This document shows positions 1 to 13,565 of a DNA stretch of 64,000 bases, one piece after another (within the stretch, counting starts at the first letter, position 1; each line of letters begins with the position of its first letter). The notes below the pieces were generated by a model. That model ran no database searches, was not told the DNA's origin, and saw only the letters and a program-made list of their open reading frames with translations. The stretch covers positions 193,956,742-194,020,741 of the forward strand of contig NC_058135.1 of assembly GCF_016433145.1 (NCBI RefSeq), in the 5' to 3' direction. The translations under genes were made by a program, and so were the position numbers. Source of the DNA: Gracilinanus agilis (Eukaryota).

Positions 1-269
1 GCTGCTTAAATGTTTTAGCTATCACACAAATAGGGTGCTGATCCTCCTCCTTCTAAGTGAAAGAATGGTTAGTAGGCTGTCCTTTGGCCTCAACTCCCTG
101 ACTAATTATCTACTTCCAAATGCTTCCAAGAGGTTAAAAATTGAACTCAAGCAACAATTCTAACTTGTCAGGCCTTGGAATTTTTCTTTTAATACTGGGT
201 ATCTGGAAAATCTTCTTTAAAAAAAAATCACAAATGTATTCCTCTGCATTTCAATGAACATCTATTATG

Positions 270-1000
270 CACCCATTATGTGCAAGGAGTAGTGCTAAAT
301 ACTGGAAGGCATGCAAAGGTAAGAGATAACAGATCCATGTCCTTGGCAAGCTGTCTTATGTGATGCCCCAAGACAGGACTTCGGTACAGTATTCATTTTT
401 TCACTATCTAGAAATAAGATAATCAGCAAGTATTTGGGAGGCACTTTGTGTGTACACATACTCTGCTAGACACTGTGGAAGGCACAAGAAGGGTAAAAGA
501 CATTAGAGTGTAACTTCCTTGAAGGCAGGGACTATCCTTGCTTTGTCTCTGTATCACCAGTGCTTACCACAGAGGCTGGCACATCAAAAGTTCTTAATAA
601 ATGCTTGTTGATTGATCAGTTATCCTCTCCTTCAAGGAGCTTGGACTCTTATTGTATAACTAAGACTTATACATAGAAAACATCCAGCACATTCATTTCA
701 GCAAGCCAAATTGAGGACCTACTATGTGTAGGTCATTGTGCTAGGCAAAAATGGATTTACAGCCATAGCTGCATGTAGAGCTTAGAGTCTAGTAAAGGTG
801 GTTAGAAGAATACACACACAGAGACACAAACAATAAAAATAGGTATCCTAAGTGCATGAGAAGTACAAATGAAAAAGTTATTTAATACATAAATTAAGAC
901 ACTGGCAATTTTTTCAATGATGTCAAACTATATATTGTTGCCAAAATCCATCTCTTTAACACTAATATTCTGTTGCTGTTCTCTGGCTTTAAATCAGAAA
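270..1000. mobile_element. Cluster of old L2/MIR 3'-end fragments
   Basis: Typical L2 tail motifs, e.g. cagtgcttaccacagaggctggcacatcaaaagttcttaataaatgcttgttgattga (~558-615), plus reverse-oriented caagcaagtatt/atgtgcaagg copies. Confidence 0.55.
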
Positions 1001-1094
1001 ATGCCACAATTTCAGAGGTTTAACATTTTAAAAAAGCAATAGAATAACTAGGGAAGCGGTTTAAGTTTAAATGTTTAAATTTGGCTGCAACATA

Positions 1095-1340
1095 TTAGCA
1101 ATGATGACTTGAGTGAAAGAATCATCATGAAGGATATGTACGACTACCCAAAAAAAAAAAGAGAGCAAATCAGGTAGCAAGAATAGGAGAAAACATCATT
1201 GTGGCTCCATTGCTAATTTTTTATTCCTGATATTTTAAGATCTAAAGAGAAGATTCCAGAAAATTGGATGGCACCTGTATGGAGGATTTATAGAAAAACA
1301 TGGACAAGAAATACTGAAGATGATAAGGCAGGAATGAATT
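1095..1340 (+). mobile_element. RTE LINE 3' fragment
   Basis: ggaggatttatagaaaaacatggacaagaaatactgaagatgataaggcagg resembles the marsupial RTE 3' end; a related copy lies at 35050-35260. Confidence 0.55.
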
Positions 1341-1464
1341 CTGGTCTGCCCCACTAAAGGAAGTACCTATAATGATAAAGAGCTAAGTAATAAAAGTGTA
1401 GTATTTTAGAATTAGGTAGGTAATGGTGCCAATGCACCATAAACTCTTCAGAACAATATATCTC

Positions 1465-1640
1465 TAGTCATGCCCCATTCTGGGCACTCCATTTTATTTA
1501 GGATATTTACACGTATTTCCATGCAATGGTAAACAGGAAAGTTAATTGAACTCAAAACAATCTCATATTGGGGGGAAATGAAGGAACTGGGAATGTTTTG
1601 CTAAGAATAGAAAGGACTTAGAGGAATCACATGTATGTAT
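1465..1640 (+). mobile_element. L3/CR1 LINE fragment
   Basis: ttctgggcactccattt...gaaggaactgggaatgtttt...gacttagagg matches CR1 3' motifs. Confidence 0.5.
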
Positions 1641-1881
1641 GTAAGGAGTATGTAATTATGTAAGGAAGTGTGTTCCTATCTGTTATATCTGGGGGCTGGG
1701 AAGGTAAAGCAAAATAGTTTGAACTTAGATATTTTCCCCTAAGGTATATACTGGCCACTAGATATTAAAAGCAAAAGGCCTTTATTTGATGTGTTTTGAC
1801 TGAAGAAGCAAAGTCGTATGATTTAACTTCAGTCAGTCTTTCATCCCCTAAATCCTCCTTTGTACCTTGGCAGAATAATCT

Positions 1882-1925
<44 letters not shown>

Positions 1926-1929
1926 GAGA
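1882..1929. repeat. (GA)n(GACA)n microsatellite
   Basis: Read directly from the sequence. Confidence 0.95.
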
Positions 1930-2301
1930 AATCTAGCTTTCAGTTTTATGCTCAACTTTCATGAGTGTCATTCTACACTTAATAAAACATTTAACAAACA
2001 CAAATAAGCAAAATATGAATATATCTTCAAATTAAAATTAAAATCAAAACAATTTCCATTACTAGAAAAATAGAAATTAGAAAGCAAACCTCGGAGAAAG
2101 GAAATATCCTGAGAATAAATGGGCCTCTGATAGCCAGACACATCCTGGCTGTGAGATTCTAGGTAAACTATTTAACCTCTCTGGCCTCTTTCTTTTTAAA
2201 AAATTAACTAATTAATTAATTTATTACTTTAACATTTCCAGGTATCACCTTCCCTTACCTCCTTACCCCTATTAGAGAAGCCATCATTTGATAAAATATG
2301 T

Positions 2302-2302
2302 A

Positions 2303-2333
<31 letters not shown>

Positions 2334-2335
2334 GT
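2302..2335. repeat. (TG)n microsatellite
   Basis: Read directly from the sequence. Confidence 0.95.
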
Positions 2336-2470
2336 ATCAAATTACATCTTTCTGATTCTGTTTATCAGTTCTTTCTAGGACTGTAAATTGACAAGCAGGT
2401 ATTTATCCACGTTGGTACATGGAACTTCCCTTTGAGAAACTTCCTGAAACAGAAGCATTACACCCATAGT

Positions 2471-2673
2471 CAGAGGTTGGCAAGTAGCTCTCAATGTTCC
2501 CAACTATAGCCTGCACCCACTTAAAATGTAATTGGGAAATATTTAACAAAATAAATAAAAATATGACAAAACATTGATAATAATACATTTTAAAACTAAG
2601 TCAATATGCAGCCTGCAAAGATCCTTTTGTAGGGTTTAGTGACAGCCATTTCTACTGGAGTTTGACACCACTA
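2471..2673. mobile_element. hAT-type MITE (same family as 5510-5610 and 60265-60424)
   Basis: Degenerate terminal inverted repeats (TIRs) cagaggttggcaa...tttgacaccacta; internal taaaatgtaattgggaaatattt...aagtcaatatg shared with 60265-60424. Confidence 0.7.
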
Positions 2674-3439
2674 TCCTGGAGCATTACTCTAATTTCACAG
2701 GAATAGACCAAAGTGGGATTAAGGTTGGGGAACTTACCGTGTTTGTTCTGAATTCCCACTGGATCAGTCTAGACTTAGCAAGTTACGTTGCCTTTAGTTG
2801 GTTGTATGGTCACTGTGTATGTCATCTTTTATTCATAGAAACAAGGAGGATTTACAGATGGAAGAGACCTTAAAGGTCATCTCATTCAAACCTCTCATTT
2901 CCCAGGTAAAGAAACTGAGGCTCATAGCATAAAGGGACTTGCCTAAATCCTCCAGGGTAGTAACCAGTTAAGCTAGGATTCACACTGAAGTTCTTCGATT
3001 AAATCCAGGGTGGTTTTCAAACTGCTGAGCATTTGGGATACATTGCTTTTTGATATTTGTTACATTATAACGGTCACCGATAAGAGATCCCACAGTGGTC
3101 CAAGTGTTCTTATCTCTGGGGCAAACTTTACTAATCAAGCAAACAACTCTTTCCTCTCTCCTTTCATCCTCCCACTCAACAGAATTGCTTTCAACATACA
3201 AATCCATTGCTTTGCTTTGTAGTCATTTCTATCCACGTGATAGAAACCTTGCTGCTCTGTGGAAAATTGCATGAGCCACAGACATGTCTAATAAAAATGT
3301 TGTATCTTCCCCAGTAGTTAGCTCAGTTACCTGCATACAACGAGAGTTTAATAAGTGTTATTTAATGGAAAAGAGTATGCTAGAGAATGGTTGTTGCTAC
3401 ATGTTTTTCTATGACTGTGAGTCCAAATTCAGTGACCAT

Positions 3440-3690
3440 CATCCAAAGGGGCAGGTGGTACAGTGGATAGAGTGCTGGACCTGGAATTAGGAAAAGCTGA
3501 GTTCAAATCCCAACTCAGGTACTTATTATCTGAGCCATCCTGGGCAAACCATTTAACCTCTACCTTAGTTTCCTAAATCATAAAATGGAGACAATACCAT
3601 ATACCTTCTAGGATTGTTGTGAGGATCAAATGAGATAATATTTATAAAGCACTGAACATAGTACCTAGTACATAGTAGGTGGTTGATAAA
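3440..3690 (+). mobile_element. MIR/CORE SINE
   Basis: ggggcaggtggtacagtggatagagtgctggacctgg...cttagtttcctaaatcataaaatggag...ggattgttgtgaggatcaaatgag CORE domain. Confidence 0.85.
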
Positions 3691-3694
3691 TGCT

Positions 3695-3774
3695 TCCTTC
3701 TTTTCTCCCTCCCTCCCTCCCTTCTCCCCTCCTCTCCCTCCCTCCCTCCCATCCTTCTTTCCTTCCTTCCTTCC
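3695..3774. repeat. (CCCT/CCTT)n pyrimidine tract running into an assembly gap
   Basis: Read directly from the sequence. Confidence 0.9.
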
Positions 3775-4265
3775 NNNNNNNNNNNNNNNNNNNNNNNNNN
3801 NNNNNNNNNNNNNNNNNNNNNNNNNNNNNNNNNNNNNNNNNNNNNNNNNNNNNNNNNNNNNNNNNNNNNNNNNNNNNNNNNNNNNNNNNNNNNNNNNNNN
3901 NNNNNNNNNNNNNNNNNNNNNNNNNNNNNNNNNNNNNNNNNNNNNNNNNNNNNNNNNNNNNNNNNNNNNNNNNNNNNNNNNNNNNNNNNNNNNNNNNNNN
4001 NNNNNNNNNNNNNNNNNNNNNNNNNNNNNNNNNNNNNNNNNNNNNNNNNNNNNNNNNNNNNNNNNNNNNNNNNNNNNNNNNNNNNNNNNNNNNNNNNNNN
4101 NNNNNNNNNNNNNNNNNNNNNNNNNNNNNNNNNNNNNNNNNNNNNNNNNNNNNNNNNNNNNNNNNNNNNNNNNNNNNNNNNNNNNNNNNNNNNNNNNNNN
4201 NNNNNNNNNNNNNNNNNNNNNNNNNNNNNNNNNNNNNNNNNNNNNNNNNNNNNNNNNNNNNNNNN
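3775..4265. other. Assembly gap (491 N)
   Basis: Run of N. Confidence 1.
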
Positions 4266-6223
4266 TACGAAAGGTAGCATGATATAGTAACAAGGATGCT
4301 GAATTTGAAGTTAAAAGACCTGTTTTCAAAATCCTAGCTCTGCTACTTATGACCTCTAACAACTCATATTAAGTTAACCTTATGCAAGAGGTTGAGCATG
4401 ATGTCATTCTTTAATGGAGCTGGGGAATTAAAGCAGAGGGGAGGAGAGAGAGCCTTGGGGGCAGTGAGGAGGGGAGGGAAGACAACATGGGAGAAGGAAT
4501 GTCACATGTGGGTAACAAGTAAGGCAGGAAAATGAATAATAATGCCTCAGCCACTAAATCTATGATCTTGTGAATATACAATATTTATTGGTTCTTAAAA
4601 AAAAGAATTTCCACTGAGATTAGATCTGACACAGATAATGTGAATTTTTAAAAAACCTTACAAAAAAGTTGTCAGTTGCCCGCCTATGCTGCCCACTGAG
4701 CACCACAATGCATTTAGCATTATCTAATCGTTATTCTAGGGAGAAGTTAATTTTCATTGAGCTAGCTATGTGTCCCAAGACACTTGAGCTGGGATTTCAG
4801 ACTGCAGAGGTTTGGCAGTGCTTTTCTCAGTCTGGCAGCATTTCTTCAAATTCTTCAAATACCTCAGCATTCTAACTGAGGAAAGTCAGGGGGCCAGTCT
4901 CTAAAACATGAACTCAGTCCTAAAAAAATTCTAGAAATCCTGACTTTTTTCCTTGCATTTAAACCAATTTGGAGTTTTCTTTGGAGTTTACATTTTAAAT
5001 GTTGAAAGCAATTCTATTGAGAAGAGTGGGAGGATGAAAGGAGAGAGGGAAGAGTTGTTTGCTTGATTAGAATAGTGTGTCCTAGAGATAAGAACCCTTG
5101 GACAGCTGTGGGATCTCTTATTGTTTGCTGTTATGACTTAAGTCAGAACAAAGAAACCAATTAGATCATATATTTTCTTGCAGAAGAATGCAGGCTAGAA
5201 ATGTGATGCAGGAACCCCTATCTCTTTAAATCTAATGGCATCTTGGATAGAGTTCAGAGGATCATAGATTTAGAACTAGAAAGAACCTTAGAGGTCATCT
5301 AGACCAGCTCCTTTATCCTTCATCTTAAAGGAGGAAATTGTAGTATGGAGAAGTTTAATGACTTGCCTAGAATCACACAGCTAGACTCGGAGGTGGAATT
5401 TGGATTCATCCTGTCCACCTCACCCCTGATTCCAGTGCTCAATCCACTAAACTAGTAGTATCAGACACAAATAGTTGTAGGTCTCTGCTGGCCAATATTG
5501 ACATTATCTTTATTGTATTGTACTTTTAAAATTTGGTTAAACATTTTCCAATTATATTTTAATCTAGTTCAGGTTGCACTCGTGGATACATGCAGCAAGT
5601 ATGACACTTCTATTCTTTGCTGTCCTGGCATTTTACTCTCATTTCTACAGCAACAGTAACTCACATTCAGATAGTGATTTAAGGTTTATAAAGTACTTTC
5701 CTCGTAACTTTATGAAATAAGCAAGACAAGCATCATTATTCCCATTTTACAGATGAGAAAAATTAGATTCCAAAAAATTAGCTTGTCCATCACCGGAGTT
5801 CAAAACAAAGGCAATTGAAAACCACTTTCCCCTCTAATTCTAGTGTTCTATCTACAATGCCACATTGCCCCTTTGGGGAAAAAACTACTCATATACATAA
5901 TACTTTTTGTCAATTTTTATAATTTTTGTTACATATAGAACCAATTTTTTTGACATTTTAGAATTCAGATTTTCTCTCTCCCCTCCTTCTCCTCATCTCT
6001 ACATATCTAAGTGTCAAAGAGTCTGTTATAGATTATACATATTTTCATATTTCTCATGTCTTGACAGAAGAGACATCATGCATACACTAGAAATCTCATG
6101 AAGGAAATATAGTGAAAAATGGCATGCTTTGATCTGCACTCACACTCCAACAATTCCTTCTATAATACTTTTTAGTGTAAAGTTACGCCCCATTTGGAGT
6201 TCAGCAAAAACTAACTATGGAAA

Positions 6224-6335
6224 GAGAGAGACAGAGAGGGAGAGGCAGAAAGAGAGACAGAGACAGAGAAAAAGGGAGACAGACAGAGACAGAGACACAC
6301 AGAGACAGAGACAGAGTCAGAGAGGAGAGAGAGAG
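6224..6335. repeat. (GA/GACA)n compound microsatellite
   Basis: Read directly from the sequence. Confidence 0.9.
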
Positions 6336-6356
6336 CGATATTAAAATGTAAAGGGG

Positions 6357-6540
6357 AGGGGCAGCTGGGTAGCTCAGTGGAGTGAGAGTCAGGCCTAGAG
6401 ACAGGAGGTCCTAGGTTCAAACCTGGCCTCAGCCACTTCCCAGCTGTGTGACCCTGGGCAAGTCACTTGACCCCCATTGCCCACCCTTACCAATCTTCCA
6501 CCTATGAGACAATACACCGAAGTACAAGGGTTAAAAAAAA
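6357..6540 (+). mobile_element. Young opossum-type SINE (SINE1_Mdo-like), full length
   Basis: Head ggggcagctgggtagctcagtgg, B box ggttcaaacc, tail caatacaccgaagtacaagggttaaaaaaa; target-site duplication (TSD) aaaatgtaaagggg at 6343-6356 and 6538-6551. Confidence 0.93.
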
Positions 6541-6640
6541 ATGTAAAGGGGGAGCCCTTTCAGATGGAAAGGAAACATTCTATATTTTGCTCAACTGTAT
6601 GTAAAAAGGCCAGCAAAGACAATAAATAAAATTGATCAAG

Positions 6641-7500
6641 GTCACAGATTGCTTTGTCTCCAGCCAGTGATCTGCTTAAGAACTCAATAAGAATCTGGGA
6701 AATATAACCAAGCAATTACCATAACTAAGAGTGGGGTCCCTCACTGAGGGAATCCCAGCTGGGAACTAGCAAGAATTATAAAATAGGAGAGATTAGATAG
6801 CTCCCACTTCCTAACTGGAGGAGGCTTCTGACAATCTTGGGCTAAGGGTGTGCTCTCCTTGCTGCAAACTCCAGCTAGAAGAAGCACAATAATACTCAGC
6901 CAAGCCAAAAATTAGGGGTAAGAAGCCATCCTTTAAAGAGTAAACCCAGGAAGCTCTATAGACTGACCTAGCTAACAAAGGCATGTACCCTGTGAATAGC
7001 CCAGTGATTTCCCAGATTACCCTAGCAGTGGAGTGGTAGAGTGACCTGTCTGGACCAATCCAACAATAGCTGAGAGTAGACAAGCTCAGCAACTGAGTGA
7101 TCCTGGCCCAGCAGTGAATGAACCTTCAAAGAGCCAGACCAGCCTAACTCATTCACCCATAGCCCCACATTGCAGTGAACTTCACGAAGACTTTTAGAGA
7201 AAGAAAGGACATTAAAGTCCTCTTGTGAGTTACCTTGGCTATGTCTCATCGCCATTCCCCTTTAAGTTTGTGCTCACTCTTTCCCTTGAACTCTGTCAGT
7301 CTTTGTAAGAGAGTTAGCACCAGGTCTTTAGGGGAAATGCTTTGTAACTACTATTTTTGTAAATGCCTTTGTTAAGAACTGAGTCTACTGACTGATTGTT
7401 ATGTGAAACACACCGGTGAGGGCTCATAAGCTACAGTATTAGGAGCAGCCACTCATGAGGTTCCCTAAAAGTAGAGGTAGCAATAGTGTCTTTGTTGCAA
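6641..7500 (+). mobile_element. Probable solo LTR (ERV)
   Basis: ~860-bp non-coding unit; its 3' part shares tttgttaa...gagtctactg(a/g)ctgattgtta with the element at 34431-34468. Confidence 0.6.
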
Positions 7501-8639
7501 TGTGAGTTGGGGAAGTGAACCCAGAAGGAGTGCTGCTTTAATAATAAAATTTTGCAAAGTACTTTTAATGTTTTATATTTAAATTTAGCTATTTAAATGT
7601 ATTTTGCTAATTTAAATAAATCTATTTAATGTTTTATAAAATGTTTGTTAGTTGATTCAATTAGAGAAGTGGTCTGTAGTCAGTGAAAGAATGCACGGCC
7701 TTGTAGTCACAAGTCTTGAATTCCAGTCCTAACAGAAACATTTACTTGTATGACCTTCTGCAATTATAATTATGCATTATGATTACTTTTGTCATAGAAA
7801 AATACTGTGAGGTAGATAAGGCAAGGACAAATCTGTCCAACTTTGCATATGGGGAAATTGGCCCCAAAATAATTTAAATGATGTATTAAAACCATTCTCC
7901 TGGATTAGGCAATGAATTGGGATGTATGATGGCTAGAATATATATTTTCCTTGGGAAAAGAGGAAGCCTTCTAATTCTAATAAAAATTTGTAAAATACTT
8001 TTAACATAATTGCTAATTATGTTTATTAGCATAATGAACTAGATTAAGAATCAAAGAACCTGGATTCAAAATCCCCCTTCTGCTCCTTGTTCTCTCCTTT
8101 GTGATGTTGGACAATTCCTTTAACCTCTCTGGGCCTCAGTGTGTTTCCCCATAAAAATAAGACCGTGGGGTAAATAATATCCAAGTTCCCTCCCAACTCT
8201 AAATTCTAGAACAAGAGAGGCAATAGTGAGATAGACAACAGGAACCATTGTTTTGATCAGCCTGTGAAAGCACTAGCAGGAAGATGGATTCAAATGGAGG
8301 TGTCTGAGAATGGACCCCAAGGAGGACTGAAAAGACCAGTACATTATTTTACTTGGGACTGGACCTTAGTACTATCTCTTAGGTGTTGTGTACTGGCTGG
8401 TTCTTTCTTAGAACCAGTGAAGGTTTGGATTGTGAAAGGGAGGAGACATTTAAGATTTAGAGGCAAGTTAGGCTGAGCAACAACTTCTGACTTAAACTCT
8501 CTTTCCCATATTATAATTTGAAGTGTGCCCTTAATGACTCCCTCCTAGGGAACCAATCCATTCTGTATAGCAAAGTGTGCTAGGGATAATGAAGGAAAAC
8601 TGAAGAAAGTACCTAATTTTGCCATGGACAAAGAAGTCA

Positions 8640-9290
8640 TCTTGGCCACCTGTAAGTGCCTTTTAACGGTATTTAATCCAAATGTTTTGATTATTTTTAG
8701 CATAACTTTCGCCCCAGGAGACTAATGAAGTGTTAACAGTGTGTGTTAATTATGCAATTCCCCCCCCCTTCATTGTTGTCTTCATTAAACCTAAGGTTCT
8801 AAATCCTATTTGCCACCTGAAATTCCAGAGGTTCCACATTCCTCCCCTGACCTTAGCATCTTTTAGTTCCCTGCAGTTTGCACAATCACGTAATCTCATT
8901 TGTTTCCCCCCGTGGAGAATCAGATGAGAATGACTTCCACACTTGGGAGACTTTGGTTAGTTCCATTTTAATTCTCGTCTAATTTTTAATATTCCTGATT
9001 TAGTTGGTAGCTTTGACAGAAGAGGCGGCTTCACATCCTTGGAGCCCATTACTAGCCCCGGCTAATTTGTCATTGTCCGAGGCAGCTCATCCCCCATCAT
9101 TGGAAAGCTGCAACTTTGCCAAAGAAAGCTAAAAATCTGGTGGTGGAAGGGGGGAAGCTTTTATTGCTTTTTACAAGCATTTTAATTAACAAAGGAATTG
9201 TGTTGCATACACATTACTCTGGTTATTTTAAACTTCTGCATATGTTATGCCTCTGTCCTAAGTGGCAATGCATTCCACCCCAAAATAAAC
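8640..9290. promoter_or_regulatory. Candidate conserved non-coding element / enhancer
   Basis: Repeat-free island with retained CpGs, SOX-type CATTGT (8771, 9071) and ACAAAG (9189), TAAT/ATTA homeobox cores and a POU-like TTATGCAAT. Confidence 0.4.
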
Positions 9291-9794
9291 TTTTCCCAGG
9301 AAGGGGTAATCAACAGTCTCCAAACTCAAAATACAGTCTCACGAGATCCTAGAATTCAGAGCTGGAAGGAAAGGGTCTGACACAGTGTTTTCGCCAACCC
9401 TCTCATTTTACAATTAGGGAAACTAAGACCCAGAATCGACAAATAACTTAACCATTAACATGGAATAGAGGAAAGACAACTAGACTTGGAGCCCAGGACT
9501 TGTGTTCAAATCTTTGTTCTGCTACATATTACCTACCACCTGGGTGACTATAGGTAAATCCCTTAACTTGTATGGGCTTCACTATCCTTACCAGCAATGA
9601 TAAGTAGGCATAGCATGTGATCTCAATGTTTCCTTCCAGGACAAAATCCTAGTACAAAAAGGGCATGGTGAGAGAGACAAGAGGCATTATTGTTCCCATG
9701 TTGCTTTGAGTGAAGTAAGGGGAACAAAGTAGAATACTAGATGGAAGACGGAGCAAAATGGGTCCATGATCTATGATTAATAATATCCATGTGG

Positions 9795-9998
9795 GGGGGG
9801 GGCAGCTGGGTGGCTCAGTAGATTGAGAGTCAGGTCTAGAGACAGGAGATCCTAGGTTCAAATCTGATCTCAGATACTTCCTAGCTGTGTGACCCTGGGT
9901 AAGTCACTTAACCCCCATTGCCTAGCCCTTACTGCTCTTCTTCCTTGGAACCAATACCCAGTATTGATTCTAAGACAGAAGGTAAGGGTTTTAAAAAA
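9795..9998 (+). mobile_element. Young opossum SINE (Mdo2-type tail)
   Basis: tRNA-like head, tail ccttggaaccaatacccagtattgattctaagacagaaggtaagggtttt; 17-bp TSD taataatatccatgtgg at 9778-9794 and 9999-10015. Confidence 0.93.
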
Positions 9999-12336
9999 TA
10001 ATAATATCCATGTGGCAAGTATTTCCTTATATTTATATAATCCCCCATAGTTCTGGCAAAGCATTTCTCCCATATTGTCTATCTGATCCCCACTCACAAC
10101 AACCCTATGAGATAGGTAGCAAAGAATTTCAGTTTTGGTCCAGACGTTAAACTTCCTCCACCAATGCAGATCAGCAATTTGGCTCTAATTTACAACCTCA
10201 GATTGTTGTCTGGAGGCACTGAGAAAGTTAAGTGATTTATCCAGGATTCCAGCTGATGTGTGTCAGAGGCAAGGCTTTCTTTCTCCTAGATCTTCCTGAC
10301 TTTGAGCCATTCCTCTAGCTATCATATGATACTGTTTAATTGCTATGATTATGCCTGTTTTACAGATGAGAAGACTGAGTCTCAGAGAGGTTAAATAAGT
10401 TGCCTAACATCATGTAGCTAGTAAACTGGGCTTGAATGAAAGACTTAGGTGTTCCAAATCCAGTGTTCTTCCCCTGACAAAATGCTGACTTCTGATAATG
10501 TATTGTCCTATCTGTACATGATTTGTCTGTGCTTTGTAGAGCTTTTGTCTAGCTGGAGTAATCTTCAAGTTAAAAATCCATTGTTTAGAAGTTTCCACTT
10601 AGTTGTTTCCTTCTTTTCCTTTGTAGTTTTCATTGCTTTTTTTTCTCTTCTATTTTCACCCTCTGTGATGCAAAATCTTGCACTATCAGTACACGCTAAA
10701 GATGGAGAATATACTTCAAGCCAGGATGGGTGATTCCCAGCCTGGAAACTCTTACACAAAGAACTGATAACTAGACATAATGCCCAAGGGTGGGAGTCCT
10801 TTCCATTGCCTGGGAATATACAAAAGAGCAGATTATTCTATAACCTCTGAGGAAATGTCAAATTAATCTCCAGAGTAGTTAAGTCTTAGGTAATGGCTCA
10901 CAGTGAAGAGGAGTCCTTCCCCAATGCAGTTTCCATTGCTGAGTTTTCAGTAGGTATAGGGTGCCTAGTAAACTGGATCCTGACTTCCCTATGTCCACCT
11001 CTGCTGGAAGAATCCCAGAATCCTCCTCCACTTTGACACTTGAACCAACTTAATTCTTGTTGGACCCCTTCTGCTCTTCCATTACTCCCCAAAGTCCTCA
11101 AGGGTTTTCCATCTGCCCTTTTACTTTGCTTGTTAGAACCTCTGCACTATCTGACCTTTACATCTGCCCTCAACTAAGTCTGAACAGAAGCCCTCCTTTA
11201 TATGGCATCTCTTCCAATTAGACTTCCAATCTGCTCCTTGAGAGCAGACTGTCTGGATTTCCTATTTGTACTGCTGGTGTTTAGCACATGGTGTTTGGGG
11301 CACACAGTAAGTGGTTAATAAATGTTTTTCTGTTCCATTCCATTTTGTTTGGGGGAAGCACTATATTCTGTATATTAGCTCATTTACCTGAAATAATTTT
11401 CTCTAATTCATCATTAATCTATTTCTATTTTAGAGATGGCCAAATTGGAATAGTTTCTCAGGCTTTCTGATATGACTTTCTACCTCAAGACAAATCTAGG
11501 TAATATTTATGGGAATCCCAAAGAAGAAAAATCACAATATGCAAAAGACCAGTTTGGATTAAAATTCTAGAATAATTAAATAACAAATTCTCTCCTGGAC
11601 CACCCCCTCTCTATCCTAAATTAAAGAGATCTCAATAACAATCCTTTCTCAAAGAAATGGAAATATTTCTGAAATGGAAATAATAATATCAAATTGCTAC
11701 CTACTTCAAAGGAATATTATGAAATTTAAAAGTCAAATTGTAAAGCAGTTACACTCCTTTGAGAAAGGCATTGCATAAATCTACTGCAGGCTTCTTTTGC
11801 AAGACTGTAAACTCCATGAAGACAAGACCTTCACTTTATTTTTCTCCATATCTCCTACAGTAATTCTCAACACATATTTGCCAAATTGAAGTTTAATGTT
11901 CACAATTAATGTCCTAAGTAACTTCTGCGGTTAGCTCCGCAGAAACAAAATTAGATTTTCTTTGTGAGAAATCGTGAATCTTCTTTTGGGATTTTACACA
12001 GATAAGATCCCAGTTAGATAGTTCACACCCTCGGGTTAGGAAAGTCATAGATTTTAGAGCTAGAAGGGATCTCTGAGACTATTTACTCTAATCCCCCCAT
12101 TTCACAGATGAAGAAACTGGGGGCCAAAGGGAAAAATAAACTCTCATGAGTTCATGCAGTTAGAAAGGGCATGTGCTTACTTCCTAACAGAGGGGTGATG
12201 GGATAAGAATGCAAAATGAGATATATTTTTTTGGACATGGCCGTTGGAAGAATTTGTTTTGCTTGACCATGAGATGAGCATAGTAACAAGAATTTTGTTT
12301 TACTTTCTTTTGCAGTGTGGTAAGGATGGGTCTCTT

Positions 12337-12650
12337 GTCACAAAGGGAATGAGGGAATGAATTCTGCAGCTTATTTGGATTTCTGCTTGCCTTGGGATAA
12401 CTAGGTAGCACAGTGGATGGAGTGCTGGGCTTAGAGTCGGAAAGACCTGTGCTTAAACCTCACCTTAGTCACTTACTAATTATGTGACCAAGGGCAAGTC
12501 ACTTAACCCTGTCTGAGACATATATATGTGTGTGTGTGTGTGTATACATATATATAGTGTGTGTGTGTGTATAAAAATGTATACTTCTCTTGTTTGGTTG
12601 CAGGCAAATTCTATTTGTAGTTCCTTGATGCTTTCCCATTATCTATTTGT
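12337..12650. repeat. Copy A of a ~115-bp local duplication, split by a MIR plus (TG)n (12396-12583)
   Basis: About 17 differences from 13566-13680 once the insertion is removed. Confidence 0.85.
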
Positions 12651-13059
12651 GAGGGTGGACTGGGAAGAGGTAGAAAGGAGAGAAGGCAGATTTTTGTTAA
12701 TTGAAAAAAAATTTTATTTTAAATTTTAATTTTTGGTAATTTTTATAAGCTGCAAAGCCAAGATGGCAATCCAAGTCGTTTGATTTCAAATACACCCTTC
12801 TTTCTGTCATATAGAGAAATGGAATAGCTGAGGAGTTTTGGCCCCAGTTAACAACTGGGTTTTGAGAGATAGTTTTCAGTCAATCGGCAAGCATGTATTA
12901 TTAGACTATTGTGTGCCAAGCACTGTGTTGGGTGGGGGCTGGGGATATGAAGACAAAAGTGAAATAGTCCCTGTCCTCAAGGATCTTCCATTCTAATGGG
13001 GGAGACAATATAAATATATTCAGAATGTACACAAAATGAATACAAAACATCATACAAAA

Positions 13060-13290
13060 CTGATAAGTGGCGCAGTGGATAGAATGCTAGGGCTAGAGTC
13101 ACGGAAATCTGAATTTAAATTTGGCCTCATGAACTTCCTAGCTAGACAAGCTTAACTTGTCTGCCTCAGTTTCCTCAATAGTAAAATGGGATAATAATAT
13201 CACCTACCTTTCAGGGTTGTTTTGAGGATCAAATGGAATAATATTTGTAAAATATTTAACACAATTCCTGGCACATAGTGCTTAATAAAT
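13060..13290 (+). mobile_element. MIR/CORE SINE
   Basis: gtggcgcagtggatagaatgctagggctagagtc...ctgcctcagtttcctcaatagtaaaatggg CORE. Confidence 0.8.
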
Positions 13291-13565
13291 GCAGGACACC
13301 AATTCAGGTCTTCCTGACAAGTAGTTCAGCATTCTTTCTACTATGCCACCTACTTGCTTCTTCAGCTGCCTCACCTAGATAATGTGGCTAAAGTGCTTTG
13401 TAATTCTGAGTGATTACATAAATGTATTTTTATTTATATTAACAAAAGAAGTACTTGCCTGAGAATAGAAAGGAAAAACAGCTATAGAGCAAGAAGGAGA
13501 AACATTTAAGAAGCACGTGGTGCTGAGAAGAGGAATCCCTCCTTACTTCCCAATTTGAAAATCTC

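Noticed and set aside
3565-4362. Long ORFs of ~200-265 aa
   Set aside because: They are open only because they run through the 491-N gap and a CCTT repeat.
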